The position numbers and the translations under genes are program-made. The notes under the pieces are model-generated. The model saw only the letters and a list, made by a program, of their open reading frames with translations. It did no database searches and was not told the DNA's origin. DNA of 28,105 nucleotides, taken from a virus (Duplodnaviria; Caudoviricetes). The DNA lies in the IMG/VR virus record IMGVR_UViG_3300017716_003048, positions 1-28,105 of that record; one strand, 5' to 3'. The first letter of the stretch is position 1. Each line of letters starts with the position of its first letter. Below are positions 1-7,869 of the stretch, in pieces.

Positions 1-63
1 GATCCAGCCGGTTCAGACCAACCCGGCCCGGCAACTGGCCGAACTCAGGTGGAAAAAAGCTAG

Positions 64-492
64 CTAACCATCAAACCCCTCGCCCTCACCGGCGGGGGGT
101 TTTTCGTATCCAATCCACTCGGACCGCTCTTTCAGCAGGTTCAATGAAAACCGCCGCTTGGCCTTTCGTCTGACGCCTTCGCGGGTAATCGGCCTGTCAG
201 ACAGAACCAGATGAAAACTACACCAGCCATCATCGGGGCAATCCGCCATGAACCAGACGTAGACGTGCCTGCGTCGCGCTGCGGCCAGCTTGAAGCCGAT
301 GGCCCCGACAGCCTCGTCGCGTTCTGCTTCGAAGGCGCAGCGTTCGTAGATCCGTTGCAGCTCGCAGGCGCCGGTATCATCCGGGGCCGTGAGAGAAACA
401 ACGATGAATTCAAGGGTTGCGGTGGTTTCGGGATCGGGTGACCAGCGCGCGGTTTCGATCTGTGTGACCATGTCCCGCGATGGTAAGATCAT
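64..492 (-). CDS. Hypothetical protein, first gene after the putative late promoter/terminator
   Basis: Open frame 64..522. The track start at 522 lies inside a terminator hairpin, so ATG 492 (or 471) is preferred. No recognised motif. Confidence 0.5.
   Translation of the reverse strand: MILPSRDMVTQIETARWSPDPETTATLEFIVVSLTAPDDTGACELQRIYERCAFEAERDEAVGAIGFKLAAARRRHVYVWFMADCPDDGWCSFHLVLSDRPITREGVRRKAKRRFSLNLLKERSEWIGYEKPPAGEGEGFDG
73..104 (+). terminator. Intrinsic terminator-like hairpin (best on + strand)
   Basis: AAACCCCTCGCC-ctcacc-GGCGGGGGGTTTTT: 12-bp stem with one G-U pair, ending in a T5 run. Confidence 0.55.
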
Positions 493-501
493 GGCGCCCC
501 G

Positions 502-535
502 AAAGCAAAATGGCGGCTCCACACAGGAACCGCCA
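502..535 (-). terminator. Intrinsic terminator just downstream of the putative late promoter (tR'-like)
   Basis: Minus strand TGGCGGTTCC-tgtgt-GGAGCCGCCA-TTTTGCTTT: 10-bp stem with one G-U pair plus a U tract. Confidence 0.7.
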
Positions 536-547
536 CTCTGAATTTAC

Positions 548-576
548 CAAATAAAGCGATTTGTGGGCGCTGTAAA
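548..576 (-). promoter_or_regulatory. Putative late promoter (pR'-like)
   Basis: Minus strand TTTACA-17 nt-TATTTG in an AT-rich intergenic patch downstream of the DUF6456-like gene. Confidence 0.45.
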
Positions 577-578
577 GC

Positions 579-686
579 CTACGTGTTTCCGCCCGATCCA
601 TGCTGTATTGCTTTCCACACGATCCAGCCCAGAAGCGGCAGCGCGGCTATCACGCCAATGAGCAATGCGACCTGATCCGGGTTCAT
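579..686 (-). CDS. 35-aa single-TM protein (not in the ORF track)
   Basis: MNPDQVALLIGVIAALPLLGWIVWKAIQHGSGGNT*. ATGA-coupled to the stop codon of 683..1222. Confidence 0.6.
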   Translation of the reverse strand: MNPDQVALLIGVIAALPLLGWIVWKAIQHGSGGNT

Positions 687-1222
687 GCCGCCTCCCGCCT
701 GAACATGCCCATATGATCCGCAAGGGCGGTCAAGCCGATGGCCAGGTTGTCGATTGATCGCGGCGGCGCCCCCCTCATGACGCGTTCTACGTCTTTCAGG
801 GCGCGCAATGAATACCGCCGGATAGCTGTCACCGCCTCGATGTACTCGTTCTTTGCGGCGATAGCCTGCTCCAGCGTCATGCCGCCCTCGCCCGAACCCT
901 GCACAAAATCTCTCAACTGCCCGGCCGTCACCCGAGGCGCGCGGATGGCGACCACGTACCGGGCGTAGACGGTTCGGGCGTAGCGGCCCGCGTGGTACTG
1001 TTCTTCGGTCAGTCGGGCGGCCACCCTATCGACGGGACAGACTTCCTCACGTACGGCCCTGTAATCGCCAAATAGGGCCTGTCTACGGGCGATGGTTTCG
1101 GGCGTTGGCTCGATCACCTCGCCCCGAGGGGTTTTCCGTCGTTCGATTTCCGCCTCGGTCGGGCGCAGGTCGCCCGACTTGTAGCGCGTCCCGATTTTAC
1201 GTGGTCGCCCCAATCGCCCCAT
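683..1222 (-). CDS. DUF6456 (GafA C-terminal/GafZ)-like late transcription regulator, Q-analogue
   Basis: Pattern LTEEQYHAGRY...APRVTA...AIAAKNEYIEAVTAI resembles DUF6456. N-terminal GRPRK basic motif. Lies at the end of the replication operon, the position of lambda Q. Confidence 0.55.
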   Translation of the reverse strand: MGRLGRPRKIGTRYKSGDLRPTEAEIERRKTPRGEVIEPTPETIARRQALFGDYRAVREEVCPVDRVAARLTEEQYHAGRYARTVYARYVVAIRAPRVTAGQLRDFVQGSGEGGMTLEQAIAAKNEYIEAVTAIRRYSLRALKDVERVMRGAPPRSIDNLAIGLTALADHMGMFRREAA

Positions 1223-1231
1223 GGTGCGCCC

Positions 1232-1558
1232 CTACTCGCCGGCGCCGTTGGCGTTCATCTGGGCGAACGGCACGCCGAAGGTTGGGAGGCGTGCGTTATC
1301 GACCGGCTGGCCGAAGGGCGACGGCATGCGGGTCGTGTCGATGTCGGGGGCGACAGGCGGTTCGGCGCGTGCCGACAACAGCGCTGCGTCGGCGGCGTCC
1401 AGCCGGGACTGCGCCTCGACATAAGCCTGGTTGCAGTCGGCGTGAGCGCGGTTGGCGATGATCTGGACTTCGCGCGCCTCGCTCAAGGCAGCGAAGGCGA
1501 GCCGCACGGCGGCGGATGCGTCTCGGAATTCGTTCAGGCACTGCTCGTGGTTGGTCAT
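1232..1558 (-). CDS. Hypothetical helical/coiled-coil protein (108 aa)
   Basis: AGGAG SD before ATG 1558 (MTNHEQ...). Ala-rich helical hairpin with a Pro-rich tail. Confidence 0.75.
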   Translation of the reverse strand: MTNHEQCLNEFRDASAAVRLAFAALSEAREVQIIANRAHADCNQAYVEAQSRLDAADAALLSARAEPPVAPDIDTTRMPSPFGQPVDNARLPTFGVPFAQMNANGAGE

Positions 1559-1617
1559 GGTCGGGCTCCTGGATTGAGCCCGTGGTCCAGTCGGTGTGTC
1601 AGCCACTAGCGGGCCGA

Positions 1618-1905
1618 TCACGGTTCGTGTGTGACGCGAGTTTCTGACGGGGTCAATCCCGGCCGGGCGCAATCGGAGCATCGCCGCGAGGCGTAGAAAA
1701 TCGGCGCGTCCGTTTTCACAAACAGCTCGAATTCCGTTTCGCACTCGGCACAGTTGGTCCGATACCACGCCACGTCGCATGGCTGGCCGGTGCGCTCGCT
1801 GACGTAGACCCCAGCCCTCAGGAACCGATAGCCTTGGCCGTCGATCATCATCCCGACCAACGCGCCGCCTTCGATCCACGGCCGGCGGGAAACCTGGCGC
1901 TTCAT
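1618..1905 (-). CDS. Small putative Zn-binding protein
   Basis: GGAGG SD. Two CxxC pairs (CAEC, CSDC). Confidence 0.7.
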   Translation of the reverse strand: MKRQVSRRPWIEGGALVGMMIDGQGYRFLRAGVYVSERTGQPCDVAWYRTNCAECETEFELFVKTDAPIFYASRRCSDCARPGLTPSETRVTHEP

Positions 1906-1942
1906 TCAAAACCTCCTGAGGTAAAAATTTCTTCTTCCTTTG

Positions 1943-2088
1943 GTGGGCAGTGCAAGTGGGCACTCCCTCCGGGAGGAGTGCCCACGTTGCCCAGACTGCC
2001 GTGACCGTTGCCCACCTGTTGCCCACCCTTGCCCACCTGCATCCAACCCATTGTTTCTATTCATTACCGGTGGGCAAAGTGTGGGCAA
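1943..2088. repeat. Iteron-like (T)TGCCCAC repeats in both orientations around an AT-richer spacer; putative replication origin
   Basis: TTGCCCACC at 2008, 2019 and 2029 (11/10-bp spacing). TGCCCAC at 1979, TTGCCCA at 1987. Inverted copies at 1943, 1956, 2069 and 2081. 11-bp inverted repeat at 1956-1966/1975-1985. Confidence 0.75.
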
Positions 2089-3979
2089 TTGCCACCCAAA
2101 CCTTGCGTTGCCCTTCGTCTCTGGAGAAAATTGCCCCGTCCTGCTCAAGTGAGCGCAATTTCTTTCCACCATTAGACCGATCAACGCCAAGTTTATCCGC
2201 CACCTCCCAAGTGGTCATGGGGCCATCCTGAAGCATTTTCAGGATAGCTTTGTAGGCTCCCGAGTAGGCTGATTTACGCTCTGGCTTGCCGCCCTTTTCC
2301 TCGTCCATGTCCTCCCGCAGAACCGGCAAGAGCGACGACATGACCAGCCCTGTGACGGGGTTAGTTACCTCTACGGCAACCAGCTCCACGGTCATGGGTT
2401 TCGGCTCGTCGGAATGGCGTGCGGCGGTGCATTCGATCCGGCAGATTTTGGTCCCTTCGGTGCGGGTAATCCTGAACTCGTTGTCCACGGCCCCTAGGAG
2501 GGCGCTGGAGCCCCGTGCGCCCTTCTCCGCATCCTTGCCGCTATGGTGGACGACGGCGATGTGGGCGCGCGTGTGGGCGCGCAGCGCATCGACCGACTGC
2601 ACGAACTTCGTCATGTCCTGCGACGAGTTCTCGTCCCCCGGCCCGAAGTGCCTGTTCAACGTATCGACGACAATGAGCCCGGGCCGCACGGGCAGGCTGT
2701 CGATGGCTGCGATGGCGTTGGCGAGCCCTTCCGGTGTCGAGAGGGGGACGCCCACGGGGATGGTCCAGAACCGCGCCTGGCGGCCCTCGGATCGCTTCGC
2801 GAGCCAGACATGCACCCTGTACTTGAAGGTGCCCATGCCTTCCCCAAGGAGATACAGCACGGGCTGTTGCACGACGGCATTGCCGCGCCACGGCACGCCG
2901 CAGGCAACCGACAGCGCCATGTCCAGCACGTTGAACGTCTTGTAGGTCTTGGGCGGCCCGTACCAGACGGACGCGCCGTCATCGATCACCCAGCCGTCAA
3001 TGATCCAAGTGGGGTCGGGGACCGACAGCAGCCCCGCAACGTCAAGTATGGGCAGCAGGGGCCGCACGGGCTCCACGGGGGCCTTGAGGAAGCCGACAAC
3101 GTCGAAGCCCTCGGCAACGGCGTCTGCGGCATCCCAGCCTTCTGGCTTGGCGGCCGGCGGGGCCAGCCTGCGCACCACGCAGCCCAGCGCCCGCAAGGGG
3201 CCATCGAGCTTGTCCATCAGGGACGCGCCAGGCGCGTCATGGTCGGGCCACAGCGCGACGGTCTTGCCCGCGAGCGGCGTCAGGTCGGTCTTCTCAATCG
3301 AGGTATTCGCCCCGCCCATAAGTGACGTGGCGTCTATCCCAATTGAGGTAAGGGCGTCGGCGCACTTCTCGCCCTCGACAATTACGACCGCTTCTGACGC
3401 ATGCCACAGCTCGAGGTTATAGAGCGGGCGTGGCGCTGGCATCCCGGCCTTGCCGTTGGTGAACGGCAGGAAGGTCTTCTTGCCGTTGGACAGCTTGAAC
3501 CTGGACACCTCGGCAATCTTGCGCCCGTGCTTGTCCCGGTAGGTGTACGTCACTTCGTGGGTCTTCTCGGGTTCGGGCTCTTGCGGTTTGGCCGCTTCGG
3601 CCTGGTGACGCACGGCAGCGCGTGGCGCCGGTGTTCCGCCCGCCCATGCGTCGCACTCGTCCAGCACCTTGGGAAAGTCGCGGTGCGGGTCGAGATTGTG
3701 GGCGCGGGCGTACAGGGTGAAGACGTCGCCCCGTTCGCCCGTGGCGTGGTCGATCCATCGCCCTGCCGTCTCGTCTGGCGTGACGCTGATGGACAGGCTT
3801 TCGCCTCGCACCCCTGACGTGTCGCCTATGCGTGCGTCACGCGGGCCGATGACGGCCTTGGGGTAGAGATAGCGCACCAGCTCACGCACGCGGGCCTGTA
3901 GCGCCTTCTGGACCCGCGCCCGCTTGATCGTGGCGTCTTCCAGCACGGCCTGGCGCGGGGCGTCGTTGAAATCGATCAT
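2057..3979 (-). CDS. Primase-helicase: TOPRIM primase + RecA-like AAA_25/RepA-type helicase + C-terminal winged helix
   Basis: TOPRIM motifs IVEGEKCADAL and WPDHDAPG. Walker A YGPPKTYKT, Walker B LIVVDT, plus VHHSGKD and RGSSAL. HTH MTTWEVADKLGVDRSNGGKKLRSL. ATG 3979 is ATGA-coupled to the upstream stop. Confidence 0.9.
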   Translation of the reverse strand: MIDFNDAPRQAVLEDATIKRARVQKALQARVRELVRYLYPKAVIGPRDARIGDTSGVRGESLSISVTPDETAGRWIDHATGERGDVFTLYARAHNLDPHRDFPKVLDECDAWAGGTPAPRAAVRHQAEAAKPQEPEPEKTHEVTYTYRDKHGRKIAEVSRFKLSNGKKTFLPFTNGKAGMPAPRPLYNLELWHASEAVVIVEGEKCADALTSIGIDATSLMGGANTSIEKTDLTPLAGKTVALWPDHDAPGASLMDKLDGPLRALGCVVRRLAPPAAKPEGWDAADAVAEGFDVVGFLKAPVEPVRPLLPILDVAGLLSVPDPTWIIDGWVIDDGASVWYGPPKTYKTFNVLDMALSVACGVPWRGNAVVQQPVLYLLGEGMGTFKYRVHVWLAKRSEGRQARFWTIPVGVPLSTPEGLANAIAAIDSLPVRPGLIVVDTLNRHFGPGDENSSQDMTKFVQSVDALRAHTRAHIAVVHHSGKDAEKGARGSSALLGAVDNEFRITRTEGTKICRIECTAARHSDEPKPMTVELVAVEVTNPVTGLVMSSLLPVLREDMDEEKGGKPERKSAYSGAYKAILKMLQDGPMTTWEVADKLGVDRSNGGKKLRSLEQDGAIFSRDEGQRKVWVAIAHTLPTGNE

Positions 3980-4713
3980 GCCGCAGCCCCCCAGCAACGC
4001 CTGCGGAACGGACAGTCCGAACACGCATAGAAGGTCGGGTCATCCGTGCAGCGCGGCCGAAGCGCCCCCGCCCTGCTGTCCATGATGATCCCGACAGCCC
4101 GGTCAGACGCCGACTGCGCGCGGACCCGGTCGAAGGGCACGAGCTCTAGGTAAATCTCCATCGTGTCGGCGTTCACCGCCATGAACAGGGCGGGGTTCGT
4201 GAGGTCCATGTACGCCTGGTAAACGGCGACCTGGTCGGCGTACTCCGGCTTCGCCTTGGCCAGCCCCCGGCTCTCGATTGCCTTCCACGACTTCGAGCCC
4301 AATGCCTTGTGTTCCCACACCAGCGGATACGCGATGTCGGCAGGGCCGCCCGTGATGACCCGGTCAACGTGGCCGGCGAACGAACCGTCGGCCACCTTGA
4401 AGCCGAGGGGCTGGCCGTTCTTGCCCGTCTGCGTCAGGCGAAAGCCGGCATCCGCCAGCCAGACGGCCGACATGCTCTCCATGACATGCCCGCGCTGGAA
4501 TATGCGCAGCGTGCGGGCCGAGAAGCGCCAGCCCTCGTCATGCGCGTCCCCCATGAATTCGAGCTGTATCTTGCGCTCGCATGGGCTACCGATGGAAGAC
4601 GCGCCGACGTATCGCCGGCGCTTGTCGTCCTGTCGCATCGCGCCATCGACGGCCGCGTGTATCTCTTTCACCGCGTCGCTTCGGATCATGCCTGCGGGGT
4701 TCATGTCGATCAT
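3976..4713 (-). CDS. Cas4-like PD-(D/E)XK exonuclease with Fe-S cysteines
   Basis: ASSIGSPC, GHVD, WEHK, QxxxY motif (QVAVY) and C-terminal CSDCPFRRRC. Confidence 0.85.
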   Translation of the reverse strand: MIDMNPAGMIRSDAVKEIHAAVDGAMRQDDKRRRYVGASSIGSPCERKIQLEFMGDAHDEGWRFSARTLRIFQRGHVMESMSAVWLADAGFRLTQTGKNGQPLGFKVADGSFAGHVDRVITGGPADIAYPLVWEHKALGSKSWKAIESRGLAKAKPEYADQVAVYQAYMDLTNPALFMAVNADTMEIYLELVPFDRVRAQSASDRAVGIIMDSRAGALRPRCTDDPTFYACSDCPFRRRCWGAAA

Positions 4714-4916
4714 GCGTCACCTGTGGTGCCGTTGATCAGGTCCATGATTTCTTCGGGCGTTTCCGTGACCCATATAAACTGGCCTTCATCAGAAAAAGAC
4801 ACGGTTGCTTTTGCGTTTGGTGACTTGCCAAAAAACGAGCTGATATTCGCGATCAGATCAACGTTCGCGTAAATTGCATAACCGTTCTCGTCGGTCAGTT
4901 TGATAAACTTTCTCAC
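4710..4916 (-). CDS. FlbD/SwrD-family-like small protein
   Basis: FIKLT..NG..IY.N.DLI..I...V.ETPEEI pattern. 4-nt overlaps with both neighbouring genes. Locally low GC. Confidence 0.6.
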   Translation of the reverse strand: MRKFIKLTDENGYAIYANVDLIANISSFFGKSPNAKATVSFSDEGQFIWVTETPEEIMDLINGTTGDA

Positions 4917-5263
4917 GCGCGCTTCCTCCCCGCGTTCAGCAGCCGGTCATATTCAGCTTCACTCACCACGCGGTTGGTCCCGCGCACCTCCACGAGCCGC
5001 ATGCGCTTCGGCCTCTCAACTGGCGGCGCTGGTTCGGGCTTGCGCTCGACCGGCTTCCCGTCACGCCCGCGCACGGCATAGACGCCGCAGCGTTCGTTGT
5101 ACGTGTCCCGCGCCATGCGGAAGTGCGGCCCGTGTTCGGCCTGGCACATCGGGCGGAGCTGCGTGCGCAGATAGGCGCAGCCTTCGCATGTGCGGCGGCT
5201 GTTCGCCTCGCGCGCTGACGCCTTGGCTGCTTCGATGTCGAGGTGTTTATGTCGGATGCTCAT
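4913..5263 (-). CDS. Hypothetical Cys-containing protein
   Basis: CEGC...C...C pattern. Translationally coupled on both sides. Confidence 0.7.
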   Translation of the reverse strand: MSIRHKHLDIEAAKASAREANSRRTCEGCAYLRTQLRPMCQAEHGPHFRMARDTYNERCGVYAVRGRDGKPVERKPEPAPPVERPKRMRLVEVRGTNRVVSEAEYDRLLNAGRKRA

Positions 5264-5922
5264 GTGGCGTCTCCTGCGAGAAGCGAAAGCTGTTCAGCTT
5301 TGGGCTTGGGTTCTTCAAACAGGCGGGGCTGTTTCCACGCCTCTTCGATGCGGCGGCAGGCGATGTCGAAATACTTGGGCTCAATCTCTATGCCGATGAA
5401 CTTGCGGCCTAGCTTCAGAGCGGCAACGCCTGTGGTTCCAGAGCCCATGAAGGGGTCGAGGATGGTTTGGGCCTTTGTCAGCGATAGAAGCCGCCTCATG
5501 ACGCTGATGGGCTTTTGTGTCGGATGCCCCTCAAATTCGATGCAGCCAGGCCCTGCACCATCAAACACGGCGGCTTGTGGGAAGATTTCGCTACGCCGTT
5601 TGCGTCCGTCAGCGGCAAAGTGGAAAGCTGGCTCGTAGAGCTTACCGTTCACGTTTGTGCGGTGCCAAATGTGCGTAGCAACCGCAGGCAAGGCGCAGGG
5701 CGGCGCTTCCAGTTCGCTCCAGAAGATTATAGCCTCTGGAGCCGTAATGCTTGAGACGACTTTCCGGGCAATGTGAATTGCCTCGACAAAATGGCCCTCG
5801 CCATTTGGATATGGCGGGTCCGTCACCACCGCATCCACCTTGCCCAGCGTCGGCAGGATTTCCCGGCAGTCGCCAAGGTACAGAACCGCGTCCCCGATTG
5901 TTTCGATTGCGTGGCGGCTCAT
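5260..5922 (-). CDS. Orphan N6-A/N4-C DNA methyltransferase (beta class)
   Basis: Catalytic DPPY precedes HPTQKP and the SAM-binding LDPFMGSGTTG. Confidence 0.92.
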   Translation of the reverse strand: MSRHAIETIGDAVLYLGDCREILPTLGKVDAVVTDPPYPNGEGHFVEAIHIARKVVSSITAPEAIIFWSELEAPPCALPAVATHIWHRTNVNGKLYEPAFHFAADGRKRRSEIFPQAAVFDGAGPGCIEFEGHPTQKPISVMRRLLSLTKAQTILDPFMGSGTTGVAALKLGRKFIGIEIEPKYFDIACRRIEEAWKQPRLFEEPKPKAEQLSLLAGDAT

Positions 5923-6308
5923 GCCGGCATCTCCTCTATTGTGGGGTCCTCAAGCGTCTGCATGCGGGTCTGCTCAATGGCTTCCGCACCAATCGCGAAC
6001 AGCTTCGCCACGTCCACCTTCGACCATCGGCCAAGCGGCTCAGCCCACGGCAGGCCGCTGGCCTTGTCCGCGATGAGCGGCAGCGCCGCCTCGGCAAAGC
6101 CCAGCGTCATCGCATCGGGCGAACCGCAGCGCGGCGTGCCGCGGCGCGTGGCCCAGTTGCAGGTGCGCGCCTGTATCCACGTATTCACCGCCGTGAACGC
6201 GAGGAACCACGCGTCCTTGTCGGTCACGACATGCCGGCGTTCGCCAAGCATGCGTTTGAGCGTGGCGGCCGCCGCAACGGTCGCCAGGTTGTCTGGATCA
6301 TCTGTCAT
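5919..6308 (-). CDS. Hypothetical phage protein
   Basis: 129-aa ORF in the operon, ATGA-coupled to the methyltransferase. Confidence 0.75.
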   Translation of the reverse strand: MTDDPDNLATVAAAATLKRMLGERRHVVTDKDAWFLAFTAVNTWIQARTCNWATRRGTPRCGSPDAMTLGFAEAALPLIADKASGLPWAEPLGRWSKVDVAKLFAIGAEAIEQTRMQTLEDPTIEEMPA

Positions 6309-6354
6309 TGTGTGTGCCCCAGCGTGGGGGCGGTGTTACCCGCCCCCTGCCCGG

Positions 6355-6933
6355 TTACGCCCACGCCGGGCGGTTGCCGCCCGTCACGGGTTGGGCCGCG
6401 CCGTTCGCCTTCGCGGCCACGGCCTTGCCCTTCTTCGCGGGCGTGAAGCCCTTGTAGTCTTCATCGTCAGGCGTCACCGCGCGCAGCGTGTTCTTCGCCT
6501 TGCCGGTTTTCGTCTCGCCGCTGCGCTGGTCCACATAGTCCTTCGCCGCTTCGACCGAGAAGCGCGCGACAAACTCAAGGCCGTCGAGGTCTTCCCACTC
6601 GTTGATGCGGCGGGCTTCCATCGCGGCCGCTTTGTCATCGCTCGGGTCGATGCCGTAGGCGCTCTCGAGCATGGCGCGCAGGGCCGCGTGCGAGATGCGG
6701 ACCATCGTATTGTGGCCCTCGGAGCCGTTGCCCGCGATGCCGACCCATCCCCACGCCTTGCGGTTCTTGAACGGCCCAGCGGTGACGGTGTACTCAACAT
6801 CGAGGCCCTGCGCCCCGCTCTTGCCGGTCTTGATCTCGCGCAGCGCCATGATGACGGGCGCCACGGTGCCTTCCGGGATGGGCTCGCCGGCGGGAGCGGA
6901 TTGACGTTCGGCCAGGTTAAAATCTATCGACAT
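6355..6933 (-). CDS. Phage ssDNA-binding protein (DUF669-like)
   Basis: IDFN...PIPEG...EYTVTAGPFKNRK.W pattern with a flexible tail ending RPAWA. Lies next to the Sak4-like ATPase. Confidence 0.7.
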   Translation of the reverse strand: MSIDFNLAERQSAPAGEPIPEGTVAPVIMALREIKTGKSGAQGLDVEYTVTAGPFKNRKAWGWVGIAGNGSEGHNTMVRISHAALRAMLESAYGIDPSDDKAAAMEARRINEWEDLDGLEFVARFSVEAAKDYVDQRSGETKTGKAKNTLRAVTPDDEDYKGFTPAKKGKAVAAKANGAAQPVTGGNRPAWA

Positions 6934-6962
6934 GATTGCTTGTCCTTGTTCTTGAATGGGGT

Positions 6963-7799
6963 TCAGGCAGCGGCGCGCGGTGTCGTCTTGGCGGATGCTC
7001 CGCGCGCCGTGTCGTTCAGCTTGTTGAAGAGGTCGCCGAGATGGGGTTTTTCCATCGGGTCGAGACGGCCGGAGCGGTCCTTCGCGGGGAAGCCGAAGGG
7101 GTTGTCCGGGTTCGTCACGAACGCGCGGTAGGGCTCGCCGTCGTCGGGGCGGATGATTGCGAGGGTGATCAACTCGTCCACCACACCCGGCAGCTCGCGC
7201 GGGGTCTTGCTGCCCTCAAGCTGGAGCTGCCATGACTTGCGCTTGAAATCGTCTTCCTTCTCTTCGAGGAGGCAGACGAAGACGATGTTATTCATGCGCG
7301 CGTGCTGGAGACGCCCGACGAACTGCATCATCTCGCGCCCAAGCGTTCCGTAGACCCCAAGCAAGTCCTTCTGGCCCTGCTTGTTGAACGCCTCGGGTTG
7401 ATGCTCCGCCCACGCGAAACACATCCGTGACGCCACAGTCAGGCTGTCGAGGAAAATCGTCTTGTATTTTGCAAGCGTCTGTTCCGACCCGAACTGGTCA
7501 ACCGCGCGGGCGTAGTGTTCCGCGCCGTAGGTGGACTTGGCCGAAAGGTTTTCGGCAGGCCCCGCGAGGAAGCACGCCAGGTCACGCAGCTCGGGCCATG
7601 TCTGCGGGCGAAGCTGGTCAACAGCGACGTCCTGAACGGCAAGGTCGCCGCTTTCCAGATCAATGAACAATGTCGATTGCGGATCGACTGTCCGCAGTAG
7701 TGATGTCTTGCCGACGCCGGATTGACCAACGATGCAGATTTTTGATCCACGCCGTTCGGCCATCCGCTGTTCAGCGGTCACGATTTGAAGCCCAGCCAT
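6963..7799 (-). CDS. Sak4-like (AAA_24) ATP-dependent single-strand annealing protein
   Basis: Walker A GQSGVGKT, FIDLESG, Walker B IFLDS, and AKDRSG. Confidence 0.85.
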   Translation of the reverse strand: MAGLQIVTAEQRMAERRGSKICIVGQSGVGKTSLLRTVDPQSTLFIDLESGDLAVQDVAVDQLRPQTWPELRDLACFLAGPAENLSAKSTYGAEHYARAVDQFGSEQTLAKYKTIFLDSLTVASRMCFAWAEHQPEAFNKQGQKDLLGVYGTLGREMMQFVGRLQHARMNNIVFVCLLEEKEDDFKRKSWQLQLEGSKTPRELPGVVDELITLAIIRPDDGEPYRAFVTNPDNPFGFPAKDRSGRLDPMEKPHLGDLFNKLNDTARGASAKTTPRAAA

Positions 7800-7805
7800 G
7801 GGGCT

Positions 7806-7869
7806 ACTCCTTTTCTTTTCCGGCCCCTCCCTGCTCCGCTGGATGGCGGGCGATGGAAGGAAAAGGAGC
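7806..7869 (-). promoter_or_regulatory. Stem-loop that sequesters the SD of the Sak4-like gene
   Basis: On the mRNA, CTCCTTTTC (7868-7860) pairs with GAAAAGGAG (7815-7807), which contains the SD 7 nt before ATG 7799. Confidence 0.6.

Noticed and set aside
1559-2026. N-terminal extension of ORF 1232..2026
   Set aside because: Crosses the origin repeats and overlaps the 1618..1905 gene. The SD supports a start at 1558.
1979-2040. Short repeats as a mini CRISPR array
   Set aside because: Units are 7-9 bp with 1-2 bp gaps and occur in both orientations, which fits iterons rather than CRISPR repeats.
3976-4713. Cas4-like gene as evidence of a CRISPR-Cas system
   Set aside because: No cas1/cas2 and no repeat-spacer array. 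Solo Cas4-like nucleases are common in phage recombination modules.
5260-5922. Restriction-modification system
   Set aside because: No cognate restriction endonuclease adjacent, so this is treated as an orphan phage methyltransferase.
6326-6347. GGGGGCGG/CCGCCCCC hairpin after the SSB gene as a terminator
   Set aside because: No U tract on either strand. At most an mRNA-stabilising stem.
5773-7131. 452-aa + strand ORF
   Set aside because: Antisense to four well-supported minus-strand genes, with no recognisable domain.
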